Origin: Takakia lepidozioides
Taxonomy: Eukaryota > Plantae > Bryophyta
Direction of reading: 5' to 3'
Length of the DNA: 64,000 nt
NCBI GenBank assembly: GCA_030704615.1
Contig: CM060732.1
Span: 77,996,001 to 78,060,000 of the forward strand
The number at the start of each line of letters is the position of its first letter. Within the stretch, counting starts at the first letter, position 1. Shown piece after piece: positions 33,989 through 46,185 of this stretch. A model generated the notes under the pieces. It had not been told where the DNA came from and made no database searches. It saw nothing but the letters and a program-made list of their open reading frames with translations. The position numbers and the translations under genes were made by a program.

Positions 33989-36844
33989 GAAGGATGGTTC
34001 AACCCGTTTTTGCATTGATTTTCGGCGTTTAAATGCCATCACAAACAGAGATGTTTACCCTTTGCCACGCATCAATGAAACGCTAGATCAACTTAATGGG
34101 GCCACTATCTTCTCTTCCTTATTAGCCTCTGGCTTTCGGCAAGTTCCTTTAACTACTGCTGCTAAGGAGAAAATTGCCTTCACCTGTAGGATGGGCCTCT
34201 TCCAATTTGAAAGCATGCATTTTGGTCTTTGCAACGCCACTGCTACATTTCAGCGCCTTATGGATATAGTTTTAGGAAACCTTCGTTGGGAGTGTGCCTT
34301 GGTTTACATTGATGACATCAACATTTACTCTACAATGTTTGATGCTCATCTGTTGGATTTACAGCGGATTGTGTGCAGACTTCGTGCAGCCGAACTTAAG
34401 GTTAAAGCCAAGAAGTGTGATTTTTGTATGGAACAACTTCATTTCTTGGGCCATCTGCTTTCTGCTGCTGGCATCAGTCCTGACCCTGCTAAGATCCAAG
34501 CTATGTGGAACTATCCAGCCCCTCGGGATAAAACATGCGTTAAAGCCTTCTTAGGCTTAGGTTCTTACTATCGTCGCTTCATTTTTCAGTTTGCCAAATT
34601 AGTTGCTCCACTCACTCGCTTGTTATCCAAAGATGCTCGTTTTGTATGGGATACTGCTGAAACGTCCGCATTTTAGAAACTCAAAATTGCACTAACCTCT
34701 ACTCTTGTGCTTGTTTATCCTGATTTTACCTTGCCATTTATCTTGCAAACTGATGCCAGTGATCTAGCTATCTCTGCTGTGTTGAGCCAGATTCAATAAT
34801 GGTCAGGAGCATGCCATCGCCTACGCCTCTCGCCGCCTTGATAAACATGAGCGCAATTACTCTATCACTGACAAGGAAGGCCTTGCAGTTATCTTTGGAA
34901 TCAAATATTTTAGGCAGTATTTACGTGACTGTCATTTTATGATCATCTACCTTAAAAGCCTTGCTAACCCCTCGTGAACTCACTGGCAGATTAGCTCGGT
35001 GGGCTCTCATTCTGCAAGGCTATGACTTTACCATCTCCTACAAGCGTGGGAAGGATAATGTTAATGCTGATGCTTTGACTCGAGGCGAATCCAAAATCCC
35101 TGCACCTTATACTACCTTAAATGATCTAATCTCCCCTGCTGCACGATCTCCATCACCTGTTGTGCCTGTTTCAGATCACTATGCCTTGTGTCATTTGCTG
35201 GATTATCCTTATGTTCCTCCAGATTTGCTTGACACATAGGATCTTCTTCAGTTTGATGTTGGTTGACTCTCCCTGGTATTGGCATGAATTCAGGTCTGGT
35301 ATCCTGCAGATTGGTCTGGTACTTTCTCTTACCTTAGAACTGCTCATCTTGTCTTGCGCCTGCCTTGGTTTGTTTCCTGACCAAGGGACTGAGCTGAGCC
35401 TTACAGCCTGCTTGCCTCCTCATAGGCAGCCAACTGAAAATGAAGTTAGGATTTCGAAAGGAAGAGAACGGGCTGCCACTTTCTTCTCACCTGCACTAAC
35501 CTATTGTTGTGTGGCCATGAGTGATGTAGGCATGGATGATGCTCTTCTCCATAGGTGCAAAACCGGCACCCACCTTAGTGGCATATCCAAGCTGCTCATG
35601 AGGCAAGTCAACTATCACTTACCCAACCACCGGGAAAGTGAAGGGAAATTGTTCAGAGTCACTGCTTTGGAAGGTACCTCTGCTGTGGAAGTCCCTTTTA
35701 GGTCCGATGTCCCTACTTTGCTCGAATGATACCATGCTTCTACTTATGCTGGCCATTTGGGGGTTGCTAAAACTGTCAAGAGATTACAGGAGCAGTATCA
35801 CTGGAAATGCTTAGTTAAAATGTCTCAGCTTTCATTGTAAGGTGTGTGCCCTGTCATGCTAAAACCATCCTACCTAGAACCGAAGCTCCCTTACCTTTAC
35901 AGCCAATCCCGGTAACTGAACCATTTGCCAGGATTGGCTTAGATCTAGTCGGACCCCTTAAATCCACGTCCAAGAGCCATGCATACCTTGCGGTTGCTAC
36001 GGACTACCTGACAAAATGGGTTGAGCTCCGACCTCTGGTTGCTAAGGATAGTGATGAGGTGGTGCAGTTCTTCTTTGATAACGTGATTCTTCGTCATGGT
36101 TGCCCTCTGGAAATCCTCACGGATCAAGGTACAGAGTTCTGCAACCAACTTATGAAGATTGTCTTGTTTAATCTCAACACTAAGCATGCAGTTACTGCTC
36201 CCTACAATCCCCAATGCAATGGTTTGACAGAACAATTTAACAAAACTATATGTCATTGATGAATGGAATATTGTTGTGCCTATTCTGCTCTTTGCCTACA
36301 GGACTTCTATCATGCCAGTACCAAAATCTCACCTTTTGAACTTTTATATGGTATGAAATGTAGAACTCCTTTGCATATCTCATGGCTGCAGGTCTCGGCT
36401 ACTGAGCCTAAAAATTGGGAAGTTTTTTTGCTTTCCAAGGATGCTAGATGACGTAGTTTGCGGGAAACTGCAAAATGTAACATAGTGTTTGCCCAAGCTG
36501 CTCAGGCAAAGAATTACAACAGTCGTGTTGTGTATTCTGAGTCATTCAAGGTAGGCCAGTCTGTTTGTGTGAGGCTCCAGCCTGGTAAGCAGATTTCCAA
36601 GGCCAAACGAAGAATTGATGGCCCTTACCTTATCTCTGATATTCTTCCTGGTAGACAGTATGTCTTGCTCCCCCAACATGCCTCTACTCCTCACTTAGCT
36701 AGCTCCATTCATGTTTCACTACTTGTTCAATGCACTCTTACTTTTGATCTAACCTGTTTGAATGTTGAGAACCGTCAAGTGATCTTCACCCCCACAGCTC
36801 GGACAGCTCGCACTCAAAACATGGCATCCTCTTCTTTAGAATAG
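33978..36844 (+). pseudogene. pol: reverse transcriptase, RNase H and integrase (fragmented)
   Basis: [39 protein letters not shown]; LARWALILQGYDF; PFARIGLDLVGP, DYLTKW, TDQGTEF, YNPQCNGLTEQFN; FKVGQ..GPY..HVS. No chromodomain was seen. Confidence 0.92.
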
Positions 36845-37076
36845 TGTTTGAATTTTGTGCTAGTTTTCTGCACCAATTGTAGCACTTGGGGTTTTTTCTA
36901 TGGGATGTTTTGTCCTCCACCCAACTTGCAAGGTGAGGTTTTCTTCCCTAGGTTTTTTCATCCCTTGTGTGTCAGGTGTGTAGTTTGTTTTGGCTAGGCT
37001 TCATTTTTTTGTTCTTCCCAAACTCATCACTCGCAGGAGCACGCCATTTTTTTGTGGCCCCAACAGGCTTCATATA

Positions 37077-37630
37077 TGTGGAGATAGGATTCTTTCTCAC
37101 CTTCCTTTTTCGACATGGATGAGTGGAGGAGGGATGCGCTCCGGATGATTTAAGGGATGGATGGAGCCAGGATGAAGTTTGGATGATCTTACACCTTGCG
37201 CATGAAGATGAGCTGGCAACAGCTGATGGCTTTATTAGGGGCTGTCTTATTCTAACAGCTAGTTTAGGATTAGATTAGGATGGGACTGGGTGATTTGGCT
37301 TCTTTCTATGGCTGTGCTGGAAGGGCATCTGGTGGACCTATATGTAAGTGCCACGCGGCACTAAGATTAGATTATGACCTAATACTATTTAAACCTCACT
37401 GCCATGGTAGTGGGGGTGGTGGCTTTTTGGGTCTTACGCGAGCGTACGCTGGGGGTAACGGTGTGCTTGAGTGGGTGGATGAAAATGTTTTGGAGGTCTG
37501 AGTCTGTGGTGTCCTCTTAGTAAGATTCCGTCTTCTTTGCCAGGCCCATCTATCGACTACATTCCCCAGATAAGGTTAAGCCCGGTAGAGGAAGGGGAAC
37601 AAACCCCTAGCGCCGGAATCAGGCTTCACA
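37077..37630 (+). repeat. 3' LTR
   Basis: Starts TGTGGAG and ends CTTCACA (imperfect terminal inverted repeat), followed by the TSD CCAT. Confidence 0.92.
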
Positions 37631-38591
37631 CCATGAATAATAGTATTTCCTCAAATTCAATAGTATTTCCTCCAATTCAGCAGTATTGTTCCATAACGTA
37701 CTATGAACTCCATGAATCTTTTGGCGCTAAGATTGCTTGCAGTGAGCCAACTTTCCACCAAGAACGATCCATGAGATCTCCATTCCTTGGAAAATCAGCA
37801 ATGAGATATCGGAAGCTGTAACTATTGTGGAGGAGGTTACCGCTGCAAGGTCCAAGGTTAAGATTGGAATTATATGGTAGGTGTTTCCAAGTGTATATAT
37901 ATATATATATAAGTTGTCATATTTACATGTGTTCCTAAAGTTTATATTTTATAGATGCATGCACAAACTTGGAGTGGGTAGGTAAAGACAATATTATATA
38001 TATATATTACAAAGAAAGTTCAAAGATAAGAAATTCCGATCCGTCTATTCCGACTTCAAACAAACGGTACAAAATAAATGACTGTGACCTCTACAATATC
38101 ATTGAAATAATCAATGAAAAAAAAAAAAAAAAAAAAAAACTGTCTATTAATGCGGGAGACCTTATAGCCATCAAGTGCAACACAAAATGTTTAAGGGAAC
38201 AAACACAACATCTCTTTCGAGATCATAGGAGTCAAGTTGTTGATCCAAGCTCCTTTACGAGTAGAAAATGGCAATTATATTAAAAGCATAGTAATAAGTT
38301 ATTGAACAAACTGTGTAAAACATTGAAGACAATTATTAAAATTACAATTATTATAATTACTCTTTATCAAGACAATTATTTTCATCAAGAGAATCAGTTT
38401 TTATCAAGATAATTATTTTTTTATCAAAATAATCATTTTATTTCACAACAATTATTTTTATCAAGATAATCACCTATTTTTATCTAGATAAGTACATTTT
38501 ATCAATTATCATTATTGTTATCAATTCCATAAAATACCAATATACACATAAATACCATTATTTATTTATTAAAAAATAAAAATTTATAATA

Positions 38592-38734
38592 CCCCGAGTG
38601 GAGTTACACAGCTCGTTGTGTAACCCGATGTAACCCCAAGTAGAGTTATACACCTCGTTGTGTAACCCAATGTAACCCCAAGTGGAGTTACACACCTCGT
38701 CATGTAACCCAGTGTAACCCCTACTGGAGTTGAC
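38592..38734. repeat. 42-bp tandem repeat (~3.4 copies) with an internal GTTACAC/GTGTAAC inverted motif
   Basis: CCCCRAGTGGAGTTACACASCTCGTTGTGTAACCCRATGTAA repeated. Confidence 0.8.
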
Positions 38735-40194
38735 ACTCCTTCTCTTCTATGTCACTCTCAAGACAGGGTGGGGAAGATTTGACATGCCGGAAACCGGCGT
38801 ACCATCATGTCAGAGGTTGCACGTGTGCATTAAGTTCTTACATTATTCCTATTATCTTCCCAAACAAACTAACATGAACTATCTAACCCACATAAATCTG
38901 CAACATACATTCCCCCCACAACTATGGGACCACCGTCACATTCGATAGTCCCTAGGACTCCTTGTTTACACATACAATTAGCAGAATGTAACCCCGACAC
39001 AGATGTTCTATACCACCGATCCACAATTATATCCTAAGGGAACTCGGCGGCAATATACGCTACACTAGAAAATGGGTCATATCCCCAACTCCCGACTTTA
39101 TTGGCTATGGTTTAACTACTGGACCTACAGCCCTCACTGCATGAACTTACAACTGCCCCAGAACGCTTCGAAATTGAGGTATCATGGCTCTTAATGCGGT
39201 ACCTTGAAATAGTTGCTACATTCCAAGCTTTTCTCTGTTAAATGTATAAACCGACCTACAGCGAGCCACGATGTTCACGCGGCTCCGCATAATCATGAAT
39301 TGCAACCTATTTCTAGTTTGGGAGTCACAGTCTCTGGGAGAGCCAACTTGATACCGAGATAAACCAAAAATTCCTTCCATTGTGGTTCCTTCAAGTCAGT
39401 AAGAAGACCAAAATAAGAGAACAAAACGCATGAAAGGTTCTGCCCTTGATCTACGCATAATGGTGGTTTGAAAGATTGAGAGGAAATTATCCGGTTGGTT
39501 ATTACCAAGATTTCTTGATTGCCATTAGTTATGCTCACACGGTGAGCGAGTCAGTGTTCTTCATTTGAATTGAGAATTTAGTATAAATACATGTGGATCT
39601 TTGTGGAATCATGTTGTGTGGGCGTAGCAACCCGAACTACGTAGAAAAAAATTGCATCAAAAAAGATATTTCAGAAATGTTTCTGAACATATTTGACCCA
39701 ACCACATTTCATATTAGAAATCTAGTATATTATCATGGTCGCCCTCTCATGAATTTGATCGCATGCCTACAAAGAGATGCAAATATGTTTGGATCGGACT
39801 TAGACACATCTTTAGGAGTGGATAGTTAAAAGGATGTCATGCTATAGGTATCAAGTTTATTTGCGGTACTCAGTCTTCATGATGCTTCATTTTTAATGTG
39901 ATTTGGAGATTTCCGGTACAAAAGCTGACTTAGATTGGCCGCAGGTGCATACAAAATGTAGTGGTTGTCCATGTCATGTTGAACATGCTGGTTAATCAAT
40001 TAGTCAACTCAAAATTAAATTAAATCAGTATATATTGTGAATTCGGGCCCGTGATATTCCCAATTGTCACTCCACTAAACCTGAAATTTCAAACGATCAA
40101 ATTATATCTAGACATTCCACATTGTACAGTGTACAGTGGAAGCCAAACTCTCTATAGACTATATTGTGAAATTAAATGTGCGCCCTAAACAAGT

Positions 40195-40803
40195 CTACTT
40201 CGTGAACGGATCTTCCAGCTCAGTAACCACATGTGATTCTACCTTGAAGGCTGTTGTAAGAACTTCACTAGAGATGCCAGAACCGAAGAGGGTTGCGGGG
40301 AGAGAGACAGTCCCGGGGCTTGAGCTACTGAAAGCAGAGTACGCTATAGTTATTTTGTTACTCATGTTGATTTGGAAGTGCACCAATCCCTTAGGAAACA
40401 CAAAGAGATCACCTGTCCAGAGGGTTTGATTGTAAAACTTGTTGGTACTATCGACCAACCCCACATTCAAAGTCCCTTCAAGAACATATAACAATTCAGT
40501 TCCTCTCGGGTGAGTGTGGGGCGGGTTGATGCCACCGGGCAGGAAAGTCAAAAGGGCCACTGAGACTCCGAGGCCAGAGAGGGACACAAAGTTCTCAGAG
40601 TTGACTTTAGATGCTGCAAATTTCGCGTTTGCAACCGGTTTAGCTCCCATTCTCAAGCCAATGAATGTGAAGTCGTTGGCCGTGAAGTTTGCTGCACTCT
40701 TACCCAGGGGCACGAAGAAGTCAGTGACTAGCTCTGGATCTGAGGCCTTCGTTCCACATACTATAGCCAACAAAGCCAGAAGCGCTAGAAATTTTAGGGC
40801 CAT
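40195..40803 (-). CDS. GLP: Germin-like protein (cupin), secreted, 202 aa
   Basis: Signal peptide, SDPELVTDF, germin box B GGINPPHTHPRGTELLYV and box C GDLFVFPKGLVHFQ (three His plus Glu metal ligands intact). The CDS has no intron. A likely 5'-UTR intron spans 41636-40830 (AAG|GTATCA ... TTTTGCAG). Confidence 0.95.
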   Translation of the reverse strand: MALKFLALLALLAIVCGTKASDPELVTDFFVPLGKSAANFTANDFTFIGLRMGAKPVANAKFAASKVNSENFVSLSGLGVSVALLTFLPGGINPPHTHPRGTELLYVLEGTLNVGLVDSTNKFYNQTLWTGDLFVFPKGLVHFQINMSNKITIAYSAFSSSSPGTVSLPATLFGSGISSEVLTTAFKVESHVVTELEDPFTK

Positions 40804-43789
40804 AGTGGTTTGTTTGATGGATTTTCGAGCTGCAAAATTTAAACAACAAATATTAGCTTAAATACCCCACCCTCAAGAGTCAAAAGAGATGTATGTAATG
40901 ATCAGAATCAATCGTTGATCTAACTGGATGTGTTTTAAATTTCAGACTATCCATATTTATGATTTCAATTCTTAGAGCATATCAATCAAATAGCATTAAA
41001 CACCTACATCACTTTTCATGCTCAAACTCGGCTCGAATTGCAAGATTTGCTATAAATAAGAACTTCGATGTCTAAGTTAATGTTTAACTCACGTCGCACG
41101 AGTGAAAGATTAAAGGCTCTAAAGATAGAGAAATGGGACTAGAGCCCACAAGAATTAGGTCTACATACATCAAATATAACCATTGTTCAATGAGATAACT
41201 ATATTGATTAATTCCATTTGACCAGCTGCCATGATTGAGCAGAGACCGTCGGACCCATGGATTTCAGCCACCTAGACTTCTCTATAGACTCCCATTAATG
41301 AGTGACAAGGATTGAATTGAAGGATTGAGTTCCCCCCATATGAATCCTTCATGTACTATAGAGTAATATCAATTTAAATTAGAACTAGTACGCTTCTTAC
41401 GATTATGAAAGGGTCCAAAGATGCTAACATTTGAGCGTGACCAATTATCTAAAAATCAAATTGGTCTTTCTCTCAATCTCTCCATGAGACGACCAACCCT
41501 TCATTGAATCCATCCTATCTGATATTACAAATTCACTCTATCAAACATCCCATGCAAACACTCGAGCAGATAGTGCTCATGCACCAATCATGTAGATGAT
41601 CATAATTCGTCACTAGTTGGAAAGTAAGATTGATACCTTGTCTAGAGAGAAAAAAAATGTATGTTGCTATTAGAAATTGGAGATGAAGGCTCGCAAATCC
41701 CCTCCAAGATTTTCCACGGCTTCAAAATCTGTTGTTGTTCAAAGATTTGAGTTGTGATGATGAGCTCCAACTTGAAGTACGTATTTGTACTCATGGTTGG
41801 AGAAGACAACGACGAGTCGGTGTGCTGGCCAACGACCCGATATGATCGGATGACACGACAACTGTCATTTGTGCTCTAATGGCATGTCATCTTTTTCAAA
41901 CTTGCTAATGTACCATTCGGTTTCGCCATTGCTCTATTTTTGCAACAATCTCATGAGAATATTCCAAATTAAAAAGTTTAAACCTAAATTTTTACTACTT
42001 TTATTCTTACTAAGGTTATCTTTTGGTTAACCACAGAAAAATATTTTTGCAATTTGTTGAACCGTTTGCATATTATTTACCTATTTGGAGAATATGTGCT
42101 AAACCTGGGTCCAGCAGTGCAGATACGGTATTCAATGATATGTAGTTGATGCAACCAACGCTAACAATCACTTGCCAATAACAGTTTGCATAAATTGAGG
42201 TTATATATATATATACATATATAAGCAAAAAGCTTCAGTCTTTACAAAATTACAAACACTATTTTCTTCGGTCCAAACCCAGTGTCTGACTCGCAAGGTT
42301 GGGCGAAGAGGTTGCTAGGTCCTAATTTTTGTTGTCTGTTGCACTATCCAACTAGGCAGCCAATGGTATTGTGGTACTAGTCTCAAAATTGAAGTAAGTA
42401 TAAAATATTTAAATCTAAAAATTCACCAATTTTCTTCGAACCAATAACCATCTAGTACTCATTGGGACTGTATATGAGAATAATATATACTAAGGATTTG
42501 GAAAAACATCTAATTTAGAATTATGACTTCATATCATAGTGGCCAGTGGCACTGAAAATACAATGGACCATATAACATTTATTGATGATGGCTAGACTAC
42601 CATCATTTTTATTTATTAATAAATTGAAACAATCTGACAAATAAATGAACAGTAGTATTTAAACATTCACGGGATATATTGTGAATCATACGAAATAATA
42701 CAAAAAGCAAAATGGCCGCCGTAGACCGTCCACCGACATGATCTCTATATTGTATAACTGCAGCCGCTGCAAGGTAAAATGGCTCTTAGTGATGCCGGGT
42801 GGCCTAGCCAAAATGAGAGATCCCCTCTGTATATGTATATATATATATATATTGTGTTTGTATATGTATATACATAACTGCAACCCTCAAACTCGGGGAA
42901 GTCACTCCCTATCTAGATTTCCAAGGCACCTGAGATAAATAAGCATTTTCTATGGGGGTATTAATATTTTTTAAATTTTTTGGTTACCCTATTATTACAT
43001 AATTTTGTAATAGGACATATTTTATGGCCGTCTATATTTTGTATATTTCGTAGCAGATAACAAATATTGGATACCCTATAGTAACCTAAAATTCTTTCTA
43101 CAGGGTGATGAGGTTTATTGTTTGCTGGAAACAAACTCATCCAAGGCAGATGCATTAGTATCATTCAAAAATATAAACATTCTGAGCGAAATCAAAACCC
43201 ATAATAATTGAACTAATAATCGAATCTATGTCTATCCACTTGCTGTCAGTTACATTATATTTGAATTTAAGGTGCCCTCTAGATTTTGAGAAGTAGTTAA
43301 GAAGCACCACGATTATTGTGGCTGGCTTGTTAAGGAGATCAACTGGTTGTCGAGAGATCTCCCACCTACCCCCCAACATTTCTTCTCATTTTTTGTATTC
43401 TGCCTATCCACCATGTCCTTTTATTGACACTAGACTGATACTTGTTGGTGCACCCTTTCGTCCCCCCTTAGCTTGCAGCCTTGACGTACGATAACTGTGT
43501 GATACACATCATTTGGATGAAATAGACACCCACATCATATCCTAGTCATATGAGACATGTGTTGGAATTCTCAGCTGCCGACAGATATGCCTCAGACTTG
43601 TTAAAATACACCGAAGACTTGACACGAATTAGTCTATCCACGTGAACAACACGTTTCTCTCGATTTATCTCAACCCTATCATTATTATTTTTTAAATTTT
43701 TATTCTCGACCCTATTTTGAATTTAAATGCAGTGGAGCCAATATACTAGAACCCTATGGTATTTCTAAAAGTTATTTTCTCATAATGTT

Positions 43790-44020
43790 TTTTTCTTTTC
43801 AAAAAAGAAAACTTGGGAGCGACTACTCACAATTCACGCCAAAGAGGAGGGGGGAAAATTAACCCCCTCTCAGATAAGCCATTAGGCACACAGGTGGAAA
43901 CGTCACCACCAGACCAACCGGTCACGAATAATCCACACACCAGACAGGGCAGCAGGTCTGAACCCCGAACCACCAAGACGACACACTGTGCACTTACCAG
44001 CTGAGGTATCAGCTGATGTG
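43790..44020 (-). mobile_element. tRNA-derived SINE (degenerate)
   Basis: On the minus strand: A-box-like TACCTCAGCTGG, B-box-like GGTTCAGACC, a body, a 3' segment shared with 11846-11895, and an A-rich tail. Confidence 0.55.
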
Positions 44021-45712
44021 CTAATTAGAATATTTAGTACCCTATATTCTTTTGCACGTCAAGTGGGAATATTTGGAAGTGACTTCCTCGAGCCCTCAAA
44101 AGGTGGTAACAGCTCCATATGGAGAGCCCACAAGTATCAATTTATAAAAGACAGTTTGGTCCATGTCCGCGTCATGGCATTCAAGCAGTCCAATGAGATC
44201 AAGGGCATTTGTCAAATGGTTGTCAAAAATGTCAATGTGTATCTATATAGTCAACAATTTATGACAACAGCTAGGTCCATAACTTAGCATGCTATTGCGA
44301 GCACAATGGATCAATAGCTAGTATACTTCCAAAACATAGTATATATATATATATATATATATATATGGTTTCCTAGGAAACAGGAGCCCCAACAACTGAG
44401 ATATTCTAACTAGAATATTCTACGGTGAAACAAAATTATGCTCAGGCAAGAATTTCAGATGTGAAAGTTTCTTAAAACTTGACTCGCATTAGTACAAGCA
44501 ACACCATCAGAAGCATAAGGTGAACCTAATCACGAGGATGCAAAGTTGTCAGATTTTGAGCATACGGACATAGCAGGATTATAAAGCAAATTTGAAGATG
44601 TCAATACCTATATATGCCTAGGGTTGAGGTTCGAAGGGCGGCATATTTTATGTTTGTACTAAGTTCCGGATGAAGGTGTCAAGTAAACATGATGGCATTT
44701 AATTTGAAGGGATATAGCTAGAATTTCCCTTCACGTTGTAAGTGAATTGAAACAACCCACATAGAGGAAGGTTGAACTTATGGACCCCCATGACCACTAT
44801 AAAAGGAGTATACCAAAATCTTGTCCAGTTTTTGAAACAAGCAGCTATAGCATATTCCTCCTCGTGAATAGAGGAATCTACTTTCATCATAATAAACTTA
44901 AAATTTCATCCAATTTCTTTTTATAAGTTGTTCAATAACAAAGATATAACTACTGGAGGGAGGTGTTACATGAAGACACATCATGGAAGTAGTTTTTAAA
45001 AATTAGGAGAGGAAGTTTACGACACCTAGGAAAGATACAACAGGTGCTTAGCGATTTTATTATTATTATTATTATTATTCTTCTTCTTCTTCTTATTATT
45101 ACAGGGGATAGTAGCCCTGGGATATGTATTAAAAAAAGGGGGTATATAAAGTGGAAAAAATAACCACTTGAGGAACCATGAAGGCTAAAACGCACGGGGA
45201 AGCTCCGAGGACCTTGAGAGATTTTTGACATTGATACGTAGTCTCCTCTTTATCCCCAAGGAAGCATACATTATGGTATCTCTTGACCCTGAAAAATTAT
45301 TGTCTTCCACTAGGAAGGTGGCCGTCACCTCTTGTGACACCAATCAGTGGATTGAATCCACAACCACTTTCAAGGTGGTATGACTGGACTGAATATGCTT
45401 CCCAACCTGTGCAAAAAGTAAAAATAAACAAGCAAGCAACCCTCAAGCGCCCTAGCCAACCTCCAAATGTTGATGAAAATGATACCAAATGCGGAATTGG
45501 TTTTATCCATCATTGTATTTACAACAAGTAGGAATATATGTAGATTTAAATCCTTTGGCAGAAGAGGGAAGAATATGGCCTCCATGTAGATACCATAAGT
45601 CATGGATGATGACACAACTTCATCCAAAACCTGACGGGGAAGTTTTTGGGTCCCTTCAACCTACCATTCATAAGGGAATTCAAAAACCAAGAATGTGTTT
45701 GTTTAGTAAACA

Positions 45713-45865
45713 CTAGGGTAGCTTGTGCCGTTGGCCCAAGTGTCCACTGTCATCTAAGTCCAAGTGCAATCCCCTATATATCCAAGTGCGTCTCCTATGT
45801 CGAAGCCCACAAAACAAAACAAAACAAACAAACAAACAAATAAACAGCCTCGCTTCATATATTGA
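45713..45865 (-). mobile_element. Minimal non-autonomous Helitron (153 bp)
   Basis: The minus strand begins TCAATATATGAAGCGAG and ends with the hairpin CTTGGGCCAACGGCACAAG followed by CTACCCTAG. It sits between A and T with no TSD. Confidence 0.75.
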
Positions 45866-46185
45866 TAACCCCAATCTCGAGACCTAGGGAATATATGAAC
45901 CTTATGATGAAGACAAATGAGGGTTAAAGGCATGCCGCCTCCTGAGATTGAAACATCACCGCAAAGAATCCACTACCCATGGATTGGCAGAAAAGCTGAC
46001 GCAGCGAGCCATCACTTCCCTCAATTACCCTCACGGACCCAATTCCGATCCTTAAGTTTTCAAGGGAAAATCCATGTTTTTAATATGAGCTACCATGCCT
46101 CTGTCCCCTTTAATTATTTGTTTACTTAAAAATGGCAGCATGCTACACCCTCTTAGAGCACGTGCTGGGTTCAAATATCTTTAAA

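Larger units (their letters stand above)
30848..37630 (+). mobile_element. Ty3/Gypsy LTR retrotransposon, degenerate, with two LTRs and a dUTPase-like domain
   Basis: LTRs at 30848-31391 and 37077-37630, element termini TGT...ACA, TSD CCAT, PBS at 31392. Domain order is protease (VIDTG), dUTPase-like, RT (YIDD), RNase H (LQTDAS..DKEGLA), integrase (HHCC; GLDLVGP, TDQGTEF, NGLTE; GPY). It has several stops, frameshifts and internal deletions. Confidence 0.95.
30418..37893. mobile_element. Foldback/MITE-like element with long inverted arms, split by the LTR retrotransposon
   Basis: The left arm (30418-30625) is the reverse complement of 30722-30847 continued at 37631-37707 and ~37860-37893, e.g. 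TGAGGAAATACTATTATTCGTGGGCAC vs GTGCCCAT|GAATAATAGTATTTCCTCA. Confidence 0.75.
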
